Below are positions 49,799 through 59,824 of a stretch of DNA of 64,000 nucleotides, one piece after another. How positions within the stretch are numbered: the first letter of the stretch is position 1; each line of letters opens with the position of its first letter. Origin of the DNA: a bacterium (GTDB lineage Bacteria > UBA8248). The DNA lies in NCBI GenBank assembly GCA_965207065.1, contig OZ242260.1, positions 2,656,001 to 2,720,000 on the forward strand. Direction: 5' to 3'. The position numbers were made by a program, and so were the translations under genes. A model generated the notes under the pieces. It made no database searches, was not told the origin of the DNA, and worked only from the letters and a program-made list of their open reading frames with translations.

Positions 49799-51085
49799 CT
49801 AGGCCCTTCTCTCGCTGGCGGGTTCTTTCAGGCCTTTCGCTTCGCAGGAGACGGTGTTGCCCTCGCCGCTCGAGGAGCCGATGACCTCGATGTGGTCGAA
49901 TTTATCCTTCATCTCGGCCTTGGATTTTCCGCGCATCACAAACACTTCCGAGATGCAGACGTGGTCGCAGGGACGAATCTGGCACTCGCCCTTGCTGTAC
50001 TGGAATTTTATGCCTTCCAGCACTTTCGCGAGCTTGAAGTGATCACGGCGTTTGTAGAGCTTGGTCTCTTTCGCCGTGTCCAGGATCAGCCGCGTGAGGT
50101 CGTGGGCGAGCATTCCGTAACTCGAGCACGGGCGCTTGCGGCGCGCCAGGAACTTGTCGTTCAGCGCCTTGGCGGCCGGATACTTGCTTCCGAGAGAGGG
50201 GTGCCACATCATCGCCGCGTTGAAGCCGTCATACGAACCGGGGCCGGCGGCCTCGGGCATGGTGATCTCGGTGGCGCCGAGGACGATCTTCACCTTCTTG
50301 TCGAGACCGGCTTCGCGCGCCTGCTTGACGAAGGCGACCTGGCGCTGTCCCCAGTTGAGCGCGTAGACGACGTCGGGCTTTTCCTTCAGGATTCTCGGGA
50401 ACGTCGCCGAATAGTCCATCGATGTCGGGAAGGGCACCCAGGAGATGGAACTATTCTTGTTCCACGTGAGGTTGAAGTCCTTCGTCAGCTTCTCGAAGGC
50501 CGGGATGAACATCTTGGGCCAGATATAGTCGTCGAACACACAGTGGATCTTTTTGCCTAAATTGTTCTTGGCGATATACGTGAGCGAACTCGCGCATAGC
50601 TGGTACGGCGTGGTGTTCGCAGTGAAGAACAGGGGCGACATCTTCTTCGCGTTCCCCGGGGTGGACATGATGTGCTGGGGGTAGTTCGCATAGATGATAT
50701 TGCGCTTGCGGGAGAACTCGTTGAGGCGTACTTCTTCGGGGCCGACCATGGAGCCCGCAATGAAGTCGACCCTGTGGTTGTCAATCAGGTCGAGCGCGTG
50801 CGTGGTGGTCTGGTCCCATTTGAACTGATCGTCGCGGAAGAGCAGCTTGACTTCGCGCCCGTCCACGCCGCCTTCCTTGTTGACGTCCTCGATGGCGATC
50901 TTGACGCCTTCCACCTGGTCGAACGCCTCGGTGGCGTAGGGGCCCGTCGTCGGGTGGATGGAACCCCATTTGATAGGCCGGGCGCCGAGCCCTTCTCTCA
51001 GGAAGGGGGGCGCGGTCTGGGCGGCGACGATGCCGCCGATAAGGCCTGCGCCTTTCAGGAATTTTCTTCTGTCCAAACGACTCAT
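49799..51085 (-). CDS. Liv-type substrate-binding protein with Tat signal
   Basis: DRRKFLK twin-arginine motif; N..GGV.GR...DD. Confidence 0.9.
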   Translation of the reverse strand: MSRLDRRKFLKGAGLIGGIVAAQTAPPFLREGLGARPIKWGSIHPTTGPYATEAFDQVEGVKIAIEDVNKEGGVDGREVKLLFRDDQFKWDQTTTHALDLIDNHRVDFIAGSMVGPEEVRLNEFSRKRNIIYANYPQHIMSTPGNAKKMSPLFFTANTTPYQLCASSLTYIAKNNLGKKIHCVFDDYIWPKMFIPAFEKLTKDFNLTWNKNSSISWVPFPTSMDYSATFPRILKEKPDVVYALNWGQRQVAFVKQAREAGLDKKVKIVLGATEITMPEAAGPGSYDGFNAAMMWHPSLGSKYPAAKALNDKFLARRKRPCSSYGMLAHDLTRLILDTAKETKLYKRRDHFKLAKVLEGIKFQYSKGECQIRPCDHVCISEVFVMRGKSKAEMKDKFDHIEVIGSSSGEGNTVSCEAKGLKEPASERRA

Positions 51086-51373
51086 TGATACTCCTCCTTG
51101 TGGTGAATGAATGACATAAAGGCGTTGTATGCGCTGCTACGGATACCCCCAATTTTGATGCGATGAGAGGATCATAGAATCTCGCCTTCTAAGTGTCAAC
51201 AAGTGAAAAATGATGTGGTTTCATTTTTTCGTTTCGGGCGCTCTTGAGTGCGAGGCGGTCAAGGCCGGGGAGTTTTTGACATTCCAGGAAGCGTGTGTCT
51301 CTTATTCCGGGTAGTGTGGAAAGTGAAATTTCCGCCGGTGCACATTTATTCGAGCAATCATAAATTGAGGAGT

Positions 51374-51811
51374 ATGAAAATGTTCAAGAAGATTCATCAC
51401 GTGGGCCTCATCACCGACGACATGGAGCGCACCACCAGGATGTTCCAGGAAAAACTCGGCTGCGAGCCCAACCGCGTGCAGGTGGCCGATACCGGCTGGG
51501 CGCACGCCACGTTCCTGCGCATGGGCGACGTGGAAATCGAGATCATGCAGCCCTACGACCCGGAGAACCTCTACACGAAGATGCTCGAGCGAAACGGCGG
51601 GCCCTGCCTCTCGCACATCGCGCTCTCCGCGCCGGACACGGGCGCGGCGGGCAAGCATTTCACGGAGAGCGGCGTGCAGTTCCTCGAAGGCTTCGGCCCC
51701 GGCACCTACACGCCCAGAGGGTATGAAATACTCTTTCTCCATCCCGATGAGACCGAGGGCATCGTCATACAGGTGGCCTCTGACGCCCCCGCCAGGGAAA
51801 TGGGGTATTAA
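51374..51811 (+). CDS. VOC family protein (methylmalonyl-CoA epimerase-like)
   Basis: IHHVG, EIE..QP, HIAL, FLHP..T.G. Confidence 0.85.
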   Translation: MKMFKKIHHVGLITDDMERTTRMFQEKLGCEPNRVQVADTGWAHATFLRMGDVEIEIMQPYDPENLYTKMLERNGGPCLSHIALSAPDTGAAGKHFTESGVQFLEGFGPGTYTPRGYEILFLHPDETEGIVIQVASDAPAREMGY

Positions 51812-51910
51812 CTTCGTCTTAATCTAAGGACGGAGAGCAGTTATTGTCCTGAGAAGTGGTAATGTGGAGAAGAAGTTGGTGATCCGTGCAGCGAATCGCT
51901 GCGCGCCGCC

Positions 51911-52642
51911 TCACACCCCGAGATAGTATTTCTTCACGAGTTCGTGACCGACGAGGGCTTCGGTGTTCTCGCCCGCGAAGGCGATCTCCCCGTGGACGAT
52001 GATGTAGCCCCTGTCGGCTATCTTGACCGCCTGGTTGAAGTTCTGCTCGGCCATGAGGACGGTGAGTTGGTATTCTTCTTTCAGTTCCCGGATTTTGGAG
52101 ATCACCCGGCTCACGAGGATGGGCGCGAGGCCGACGGAGGGTTCGTCCACCAGGAGCACCTTGGGCGCGGACATGAGCGCGCGGGCCACGGCCAGCATCT
52201 GCTGCTCGCCCCCGCTCATGCTGCCCGCAAGCTGGTTCTTGCGCTCGGCGAGAACCGGGAAAGCCTCGAAGGAGAAGGCCAGGTTGCGGTCGATGCCGCG
52301 GCGGGCCTCTTCGCGATAGGCGCCCAGGAGGAGGTTTTCCTCCACCGTGAGGCGCGGGAACAGGCGCCTGCCCTCAGGCACGAGCGCGACGCCCAGGTTC
52401 ACGATCTCCTCGGGTTTCTTGCCCGCCAGATCGATCCGCTCGCCGTCGGCTTCCAGGTAAATCGCGCCCTCATCGGGCTGGATGATGCCCATGATGCACT
52501 TGATGAGCGTGCTCTTGCCGTTGCCGTTTGTGCCGAGGAGCACCACGGTCTCCCCGTCGTTCACCTCGATGGAGACCCCGTGCAGCACGCGCACGGCGCC
52601 GTAGCCCGCGGATACGTTGTCGACGACGATGCTATGCGCCAA
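51911..52642 (-). CDS. ABC ATPase (LivF-like)
   Basis: GTNGNGKS, MSGGEQQM, DEPSVGLAP; TTG start inferred. Confidence 0.9.
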   Translation of the reverse strand: MAHSIVVDNVSAGYGAVRVLHGVSIEVNDGETVVLLGTNGNGKSTLIKCIMGIIQPDEGAIYLEADGERIDLAGKKPEEIVNLGVALVPEGRRLFPRLTVEENLLLGAYREEARRGIDRNLAFSFEAFPVLAERKNQLAGSMSGGEQQMLAVARALMSAPKVLLVDEPSVGLAPILVSRVISKIRELKEEYQLTVLMAEQNFNQAVKIADRGYIIVHGEIAFAGENTEALVGHELVKKYYLGV

Positions 52643-53357
52643 GGTAGGCCCTTTCCACGTCCTTGTTGTTGACGATCTCATCGGGCGTCCCCTCGGCTAT
52701 CTTTTCCCCGGCGTCGAGGACGACGATGCGCTCCGAGAAGTTCATGACCGCCCGCATGATGTGCTCGATCATGATGACCGTGAGGCCTTCCTCGTTCAGA
52801 CGCACGAGGATTTCGAGAATGTCGTCCACCTCGGTGTTGGAGAGGCCGGCCATGGCCTCGTCCGATATGAGGAGCCTCGGCTTGGCCGCCATGGCGCGGG
52901 CGAGTTCGAGCTTGCGCAGTTCGATCTGGGTGAGTCCCCCGGTTCGCACGTCGGCCTTGTCCGCCATGCTCATGATCTCGAGTATCTCCATGGCCTCGCC
53001 CTGAAGTTCCGCCCCGTGGGAGTGCTGGTGGGCGGCGTATTCGAGAGGAATGCACAGGTTCTCGAGAACCGTCATGCTGACGAACGGCTTGGGAATCTGA
53101 AAACTGCGGGCGATGCCCAGGCGGGTTCGCTTGTAGGCGGGCATGGTGGTGATGTCCCGGCCTGCGAAGACGATGTTCCCCTCGTCGTTGTTGAGAGCGC
53201 CCGAGATGCAGTTGATCATTGTCGTCTTGCCCGAGCCGTTGGGGCCGATTAGGCCGAAGCGCTCGTTTTCCTTCACGTGCAGATCCACTTTGGTGAGTGC
53301 GCTGAATCCGCCGAAGCGCTTGGTGACGCCGTGTACGTCGAGGAGGTTTTCGTTCAT
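52632..53357 (-). CDS. ABC ATPase (LivG-like)
   Basis: GPNGSGKT, RSFQIP, IEHIM. Confidence 0.9.
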   Translation of the reverse strand: MNENLLDVHGVTKRFGGFSALTKVDLHVKENERFGLIGPNGSGKTTMINCISGALNNDEGNIVFAGRDITTMPAYKRTRLGIARSFQIPKPFVSMTVLENLCIPLEYAAHQHSHGAELQGEAMEILEIMSMADKADVRTGGLTQIELRKLELARAMAAKPRLLISDEAMAGLSNTEVDDILEILVRLNEEGLTVIMIEHIMRAVMNFSERIVVLDAGEKIAEGTPDEIVNNKDVERAYLGA

Positions 53358-54316
53358 CACGCCTCCTTGCCCACGAGTCGTGCGCGAATCTTGCCGAACA
53401 GGCCCACGAGGCCGTCGGGTGCGAACACCACGAAGCCAACGAGCAGGCTGCCCACGATGAGCAGGTTCATCTCGGCGGAGAGCGTGACGGTGGCTATCTG
53501 CTGGGCAGTACCGACCAGAACCGCGCCGACCAGCGGGCCGAGCCATGAGGTGGTGCCGCCGATCATGGGCATGGCGAGGCTGTTCACCGCGTAGTCGAGG
53601 TGAAAGGCCGATGTGGGTTCAATGTAGACGACGAAATAGGAAAACGGCGCACCCGCGATTCCCATCAGCGCGCCGCTCACCGTGGTGGCGAACAGCTTGA
53701 TTTTGAGAATGGGCACGCCCATGCACTCGGCCGCTTCCTCGTTGTCGCGGATGGCGGCCATTCCCCGCCCGACCCAGGATTTCTCGATGAGCCAGGCGAC
53801 GGCCACGGCGACCACGGCGAGCGCCGCCATGACGAAGAAGAGGAACTCGTCGTAGTTCGAGAACAGCGGCACGCTCCTTGGTTTCAGGATGGCCGTGCCC
53901 GCGCCGCCGCCCACGTAGTCCCAGTTCGAGACGACCATCTGGAGCACGACGGCCAGCGCGAGGGTGGCGATGGAGAAGAACACGCCCCTGAGCCTCAAGG
54001 TCAGGTAGCCGATGCCGAGTCCCAGGAGGCCCGAAACGATGCCGCCCGAAATGAGCAGCACGTAAAGGGGCGGCTTCCAGGTCTTGATGAGCGCGACGGC
54101 GGTGTAGGCGCCCATGGCGAAGAACGCCGCCGTGCCGAAATTCACATATCCGGTGTAGCCGCCCAGGATGTTCCAGGCGGTGGCCAGGACGACGTACTGC
54201 AAAACGACGTAGGCCGCCTTGTAGTAGAAGCGGTTCTCCATCTGGGTCGTGATAAGGAATGCCCCGACTACGAGTACGGCGGCCACGATCAGGAAGAGCC
54301 TCTTTTCGTTACTCAA
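53357..54316 (-). CDS. ABC permease (LivM-like)
   Basis: WNILGGYTGYVNFG, AIRDNEEAA. Confidence 0.9.
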   Translation of the reverse strand: MSNEKRLFLIVAAVLVVGAFLITTQMENRFYYKAAYVVLQYVVLATAWNILGGYTGYVNFGTAAFFAMGAYTAVALIKTWKPPLYVLLISGGIVSGLLGLGIGYLTLRLRGVFFSIATLALAVVLQMVVSNWDYVGGGAGTAILKPRSVPLFSNYDEFLFFVMAALAVVAVAVAWLIEKSWVGRGMAAIRDNEEAAECMGVPILKIKLFATTVSGALMGIAGAPFSYFVVYIEPTSAFHLDYAVNSLAMPMIGGTTSWLGPLVGAVLVGTAQQIATVTLSAEMNLLIVGSLLVGFVVFAPDGLVGLFGKIRARLVGKEA

Positions 54317-54319
54317 GGG

Positions 54320-55192
54320 CTACCTCCCGAAGAGGCCGGACGGCCGGACCGCCAGGCAGATAAGCAGAATGCCGAACGAGACGGCCAGCGCCCACGAGGG
54401 GCCGAAGAACGAAGAGGTGAAGCTCTCCGCTACGCCCAGGATGAGCGCGCCCACGAGCGTGCCCGTCATGCTGCCCAGCCCGCCGAGCACGGTGACCGCG
54501 AACACGCGGCCGATGTACTCGCGTCCGATGGTCGGCTCGACCGGGCCGATGATGATCAGCAGGGAGCCCGCGATCACGGCGGTGGCGATGCCGATGCCGA
54601 AGGCGACCGTCTTGATGCGAATCGGGTCGACCCCCATGAGTTGGACGGCGAGGCTGTCCTGCGCCACGCCCATGATGGCGCGGCCGAAAAACGTTTTTGT
54701 GAGAAACAGGTACAGGACGGTGGAGAGTATCCCCCCCACGAGGAAGGGCACGAACAGCCGATAGGCGATTCCCACCGGACCGATAGACGTGGACTTGCCG
54801 ATGTAGAACGCGCGGACGAGGCGGTAGTCCACCCCGAAGGTGATGATGAGTATGACCTCGATGAGGAAAAAGAGTCCGAAGAAAAACACCAGTCCGCGCA
54901 GGGATTCCGCCCCCGTCTTTTCGAAGCTGTTGTAGTAGATGCGGTAGACCGCGACGCCCACGAAATAGGCGGGAACCGCGAAGATAAGGCCCGCGAGCAC
55001 CGGGTCGAACCCGAAGTGCTCGTTTGCGTAGAAAGTCAGGTAGGAACCGAAGAGAATGAACGCCGGATGGGCGATGTTCACGACGTCCAGCAAACCGAAT
55101 GAGAGCGAAAGACCGGCGCTTAACGCGGCGTAGAAGCCTCCCAGCAGGAGGCCCGCGACGAGCGCATTCAACAAGAATTCGATGCTGAGCAT
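54320..55192 (-). CDS. ABC permease (LivH-like)
   Basis: VNIAH, VLGGLGS, RPSGLFG. Confidence 0.9.
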   Translation of the reverse strand: MLSIEFLLNALVAGLLLGGFYAALSAGLSLSFGLLDVVNIAHPAFILFGSYLTFYANEHFGFDPVLAGLIFAVPAYFVGVAVYRIYYNSFEKTGAESLRGLVFFFGLFFLIEVILIITFGVDYRLVRAFYIGKSTSIGPVGIAYRLFVPFLVGGILSTVLYLFLTKTFFGRAIMGVAQDSLAVQLMGVDPIRIKTVAFGIGIATAVIAGSLLIIIGPVEPTIGREYIGRVFAVTVLGGLGSMTGTLVGALILGVAESFTSSFFGPSWALAVSFGILLICLAVRPSGLFGR

Positions 55193-55224
55193 GGATGCTC
55201 TCCTGCGACGAGCCGGACGCGGAC

Positions 55225-55247
55225 CGGGGGGAGAAAGTCTCCCCCCG
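55225..55247. terminator. Hairpin between the SBP and permease genes
   Basis: CGGGGGGAGA/TCTCCCCCCG stem. Confidence 0.5.
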
Positions 55248-55270
55248 ATCGCAGTTTTATGTCCGGTTCG

Positions 55271-56530
55271 TTACTTGCCTTTCGCGTATGGATAGATGAG
55301 GTTTCCAGACTTGAAGTCCTCGGGATACAGCACGATCATCTTGCCGGGTTTGCTGAACTCGCTCATCTTGTTGCTCTTGATGTTCTGCAGCTGCACCTGG
55401 AACGTCCGGGAGGTCGCCCACTCGCCGTTCTTGCCGAACTTCACGTTTCCGACCACGGTGGAATGTGTGTTGTTGCGAATGTAGGCGCCGACCTTCGCCT
55501 GGTCGAAGCTCTTGGTGGCCTCGATCGCATTTCCGAGCAACTGCACGTAGGCGTAGGCGAACGGCGGCAGGTAGTAGCCCAGGGGGTCGAGTTTCTGCTT
55601 GGGCGCTTCTTTCTGGTATTTCGCCAGGAAGGCTTCGATGCCGGGGAATTTCAGGGTCTTCTCTGGCGCCCAGAACCAGTAGTTCGTGATGCCGTTCAGC
55701 AGTTTGCCGAGGTTCATCTGGATGGCGGTGTACTGAAGTCCCACCATGCCGCCGCCGAAGAGCTTGGGTTCCAGGCCGATCTCATGCGCGGCCTTCACGA
55801 TGCCCACCGAGCCGCCCGGGTAGGAGCCCACGTAGAAGAGATCGGGATTCGCGGCCTTGACCGCGCGCAGAATCGGCGTGAAGTCGGACGTGCCGGGGAA
55901 GGGGTATCGTTGGTCGTAGACGACCTTCAAGCCGTATTTCTTCGCGTTCCGGCGGGCGCCGGCGACGGCGTTGCGCGCGAACTCGGAATCAGCCGAGAGC
56001 AGCGCGATCGTCTTGGGCTGGGGCTTTTGCTTCTTGGCGAGTTCGAAGAAGCCGCGCGACCAGTCCACTATCGGGTCGGGGCCGGCCGGCATGATCTGGA
56101 AGTAGTTGTTGTATTTGAACTTCGCGTTCGCATCCAGACCGAAAAGACCCATGAACACCATGCCGCGCTCCATCGCGATGGGCAGCGCGGGAACGATGAG
56201 GTTCGTTCCGTAGCCTGATACGATGAAGTCCACCTTGTCCACGTCGAGCAGCTTGGCGTAGATGCCCGGAACGTTGGCGGGCTTGGTCTGGTCATCGTAA
56301 TAGACCAGCTTGACCTTGCGGCCGAGCAGTCCGCCCTTGGCGTTCACGTCGTCGCGCCAGATCTGCATGGCCAGCAGCGCCGCCTTGCCTGCGGGGCCGA
56401 GCGGTCCGGTCAGCGCCATGCTGAATCCGATCTTCACTTCCTTGGCCGCATGCGCCGCGGGCGTGAAGGCGATGCTCACTGCGAGGAGCAGCGCAAACCC
56501 GAGAATGACGTGCCTGATTATCCTGCCCAT
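55271..56530 (-). CDS. Liv-type substrate-binding protein
   Basis: Signal peptide; IG.SMALTG; N..GGLLGR.V.L..YDD. Confidence 0.9.
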   Translation of the reverse strand: MGRIIRHVILGFALLLAVSIAFTPAAHAAKEVKIGFSMALTGPLGPAGKAALLAMQIWRDDVNAKGGLLGRKVKLVYYDDQTKPANVPGIYAKLLDVDKVDFIVSGYGTNLIVPALPIAMERGMVFMGLFGLDANAKFKYNNYFQIMPAGPDPIVDWSRGFFELAKKQKPQPKTIALLSADSEFARNAVAGARRNAKKYGLKVVYDQRYPFPGTSDFTPILRAVKAANPDLFYVGSYPGGSVGIVKAAHEIGLEPKLFGGGMVGLQYTAIQMNLGKLLNGITNYWFWAPEKTLKFPGIEAFLAKYQKEAPKQKLDPLGYYLPPFAYAYVQLLGNAIEATKSFDQAKVGAYIRNNTHSTVVGNVKFGKNGEWATSRTFQVQLQNIKSNKMSEFSKPGKMIVLYPEDFKSGNLIYPYAKGK

Positions 56531-56688
56531 TTTTTTCTCCCTCTCGATTTCGACTATAGAGTTTCGGTTTCGAGACGCTGCGCCGCAAACGTGTCTGCGG
56601 CAATACATTCATACTTACTTATTTTGAGGTAGCGAAATTTATCATAATACGTCTTAGCTTACAATAACTTGACAATCATAAAGGGATA

Positions 56689-57474
56689 TCAGGGAGAAAA
56701 TCGCTGGAGAATGGCTTTTGCATGTACTCTAATTTCTGGTGTCCAGTTCTGTTCCCAGTCTGTCAGCAACTCCCCATAGGTGCAGGCAATAAATTTCACC
56801 TCGTCTTCCATTACTTCTTTTCTGAAAATATCGATTTCCTCCTTGTGATTAATTTTGGTTATTTCGTCGATGGGTCTGCCATTTTTTGGCCAACACTCGG
56901 GTTCTGCATAAATATAGAATAGGGTGGCCTTTTGGTCTTCGAATTTGCGCCCCGGTTGGATTTGCGTTCTCAAAGCAAAGGCGTGTTTGACGAGTTGGGT
57001 CGCGTCGAGATGCTCAAAGTGTCTTTCGTTTTTATGAAGCTTGTCTCTTACGTTCTCGTAACCCTTCATACGCTTGCCCCAAACTTGCCTCCAATACGCA
57101 CACGAAAAAGAAGCTTTCTTGTTTCTTCGAAAAGGCTCGAACCTTTTTGACTCGATGCCGATGAGTTCAGATGGCGTGATAACCAGGGCATCCAGAACGG
57201 GGTGGCGGCCGCCACGCCAAGGGAAGCGCACTGTCTTCTCAAGAGCCAACGAAACCGCTGATCCTTTCCATTGGTCACATTCAGGAAGGAGGGGCAGATC
57301 CCACGCTCGATTGAGAAAGAACCCAAAGGTATTGGCCGCGAGCGCGGCGGAGGATTCCGGACTGTCAAACTTCCCGCTCTCTATTTCGTTACCTGCTGCG
57401 GCGTTGAATATTAATTCGATTTCTTCACCCGGAACGCCGGGCAGCCATCTTTGGGAACTGTTAATTGTTGTCAA
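56689..57474 (-). CDS. Putative PD-(D/E)xK restriction-endonuclease-like protein (PGN_0703-like), AT-richer
   Basis: SSAAL..N.F, LE, D, IESK..EP, QL.KH motifs; TTG start. Confidence 0.55.
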   Translation of the reverse strand: MTTINSSQRWLPGVPGEEIELIFNAAAGNEIESGKFDSPESSAALAANTFGFFLNRAWDLPLLPECDQWKGSAVSLALEKTVRFPWRGGRHPVLDALVITPSELIGIESKRFEPFRRNKKASFSCAYWRQVWGKRMKGYENVRDKLHKNERHFEHLDATQLVKHAFALRTQIQPGRKFEDQKATLFYIYAEPECWPKNGRPIDEITKINHKEEIDIFRKEVMEDEVKFIACTYGELLTDWEQNWTPEIRVHAKAILQRFSP

Positions 57475-57590
57475 ATCGGCCGTCTCCTATATCGAGGGAT
57501 TGCCCCATGCAATCCCTCACTTATCGGTATATACCGAGAAACGGCGTTTTTATTCACCAAAAAATGAAATAATCGAGAGATTCGTTGGAT

Positions 57591-58871
57591 TTACGCCTTC
57601 ACCTTCTCGTTGGCGAGGTGCGCAATGGAGGAGGCGAGGATTTCTGCGCCCTTCACCATGTCGTCAAAGTGCGTGAACTCCTCGGGCGTGTGCGAGAGCC
57701 CGCCCACCGAGGGAATGAACACCATTCCGATCGGGCATATCGCCGCCATGCGGCAGGCGTCGTGCACCCCGCCGCTCGATAGCGTGAGCGCGGCGTGTCC
57801 CGTTTCTTTGGAAGCGCGGCGGAGCGCCTTTTGAATGTTGTTGGAGGTGGGGCAGACGGCCAGCTTCTTCACGTCGGAGAGGCGGCCTTCGACGCCCCGC
57901 TCCTTCTCGATGGCGGCAAGCGTTTTTTCCATCCGCGCGAGGGTGCGCTCCATCACCGCCTGGCTTCTGCTTCTGAGATCGAAAGAAAGCCTCGCCCCTC
58001 CGGGCACGATGGACACCCATCCCGGGAGCGCTTCCATCTCCCCGAAGGTGATTGTTACGCGCTGAGACTCGGGCGCGCGGTTCACGAAGTTCTCCATGCG
58101 CACCATGAAGTCCGCCGCCGCGATTCCGGCGTCCTTTCGGTAGGGCATGGGCTGTCCGCCCGAGTGTGCCGTGACGCCAGTGAAGTGAACCTCGCCCCTC
58201 GTGTATCCCACCACCCTGTCCACGATGCCGATGGGTATCTCGGCCGATTCGAGCACCGGCCCCTGTTCGATGTGAAGCTCCAGAAAGGCCTTGAGTGAAC
58301 CGTCTTTAATCCGGCACGAGCGTACGCGCGCAGGATTGCCGCCCACCGCCTCGATGGCCTCATAGAGTGATTTTCCCGTAGGCGGATGCTCCGTGTTCTT
58401 CAAATCTTTCACGCCCACGACACCCGTGGCGACGCTGCTGCCGAACACCGTCATCCCGCATGCGGATTCCTCACCCACGAAGGCCATCACCTCGATGGGG
58501 TGATCGTGGGCGAGTCCCGTTTCGTCGATGCGCCGGAACGCTTCGAGAGCAGTGAGCACGCCCGCGGGGCCGTCGAAGCGTCCGCCCGGGCTCTGGGAAT
58601 CGAGATGCGAGCCGGCCATCACGGCGGGAAGTCCGCGCACGCGGCCCTCTTTTCGTCCATACAGATTCCCCACGGCGTCGACCCGCGTCTCAAGGCCCGC
58701 GTTCTTCATCCAGCCCTCGACGAGGTCTCGCACCTCGTTGTAGACCGGCGTGAAGGCCACGCGGTCGAGGCCCGTTTTTCCGTATTTGCCGATCTTCGCC
58801 TGGGCGTTGAACTCACGCCTCATGCGGGCGCGGTTCGCGCGGAGGGGAAACGTTTCTTTAGACGGCATCAA
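57591..58871 (-). CDS. Zn-dependent amidohydrolase (allantoate amidohydrolase/N-carbamoylase, M20 family)
   Basis: GSHLDS, GRFDG..GV, EES, ELHIEQGPVLE, HDA, SH.PEE. Confidence 0.92.
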   Translation of the reverse strand: MMPSKETFPLRANRARMRREFNAQAKIGKYGKTGLDRVAFTPVYNEVRDLVEGWMKNAGLETRVDAVGNLYGRKEGRVRGLPAVMAGSHLDSQSPGGRFDGPAGVLTALEAFRRIDETGLAHDHPIEVMAFVGEESACGMTVFGSSVATGVVGVKDLKNTEHPPTGKSLYEAIEAVGGNPARVRSCRIKDGSLKAFLELHIEQGPVLESAEIPIGIVDRVVGYTRGEVHFTGVTAHSGGQPMPYRKDAGIAAADFMVRMENFVNRAPESQRVTITFGEMEALPGWVSIVPGGARLSFDLRSRSQAVMERTLARMEKTLAAIEKERGVEGRLSDVKKLAVCPTSNNIQKALRRASKETGHAALTLSSGGVHDACRMAAICPIGMVFIPSVGGLSHTPEEFTHFDDMVKGAEILASSIAHLANEKVKA

Positions 58872-58898
58872 GCGGCCTCCTTGGAAAACAAAACTGGA

Positions 58899-59651
58899 CT
58901 AAAAGAGATCCTTTGGCACAGGCACTTCTTCGTAGTCTTCGGGTTGCAGCGGGTTATCCGGCACTATCTCCAGCATCTCGAAATAGTGGTAGGTTTGCCG
59001 TAGGTGCTGGAAGGCGTGCCCGAGCGAGAGAATCATCAACTCATGTACGGTAATGGGTCCCATATAGCTCGACACTTTTTTGGCGAGCGCCTCGCCGCCG
59101 TCTGTCAGAAAGTCGGTGAGCTTGGCCTGAATTTCATCCCCATAGGCGCAGATATCTTCGTTGGTATCATAATCGTTCGCCATCGTTTCATACCGCCGCA
59201 CCATATCTTCGGTGTACTCTCCCGATGCGTGAGTCTGCATCACGAGGTCCGGACGCTCGAAGCTGTGCCATGTGAGCTGGCGAAGCGTGCGGGGTCTGCC
59301 GGGGGATACCCAGTCGAGCGTTTCGTATGGAATCTGGCGGATCACGCGGCGAAAGGCGTCGAACACCATCTCGAAATAGTGGAGCATTTTTTCAGACGAG
59401 AGGGGACCGGCGCCTTCCTGTTCGATGTCAAAGGCCTCGCGAAGGGCATCCACGTCGTAGCCCACTACCACATTTTCTCCGCGCACGGCGACGGGCAGGG
59501 CCTTGATACCCAGCGCCTTGAGTTCCGCCTGGGCTTCGGCGTCGTTCGTGCAGTCTCTGTTGACGACTTCCAGACCGCTGGACGAGAGAAACTCTCTCGT
59601 AAGGGCGCAGGTGTATCAGCCGTGCCGCGTGTAGACTTTGACAGCTTCCAT
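58899..59651 (-). CDS. Probable selenoprotein: glutaredoxin (UxxC)-DinB fusion, 250 aa
   Basis: ATG 59651 after GGAG; MEAVKVYTRHG-UGA-YTC continues in frame into ORF 58899-59486; Grx-like LP and VVGYD; DinB-type His residues (WH, H...H). Confidence 0.8.
59582..59600 (-). promoter_or_regulatory. Putative bacterial SECIS hairpin
   Basis: ACGAGAGA-GTT-TCTCTCGT stem begins 15 nt after the in-frame UGA (59616-59618); loop starts with G. Confidence 0.65.
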
Positions 59652-59824
59652 CGATTTTCTCCCCGATGAGCGCGAAAGTGATTTTTTATGGGCGAATCAT
59701 ACCAAAACGATTGGGGTGAGAAAAACTGCCTCGTGCGCTTTGGCGAACAAGCCCGCGTGTTTTACTATCCCGTGAGTTGCGGTGTGCTCGGTTTGAAGTG
59801 TTGACCTTGAACAAGGGAACTCCA

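Noticed and set aside
59487-59651. Simple nonsense pseudogene reading of the UGA
   Set aside because: The stop falls exactly on the redox Cys position, is followed by a SECIS-like hairpin, and the rest of the frame is intact; disfavoured but not excluded
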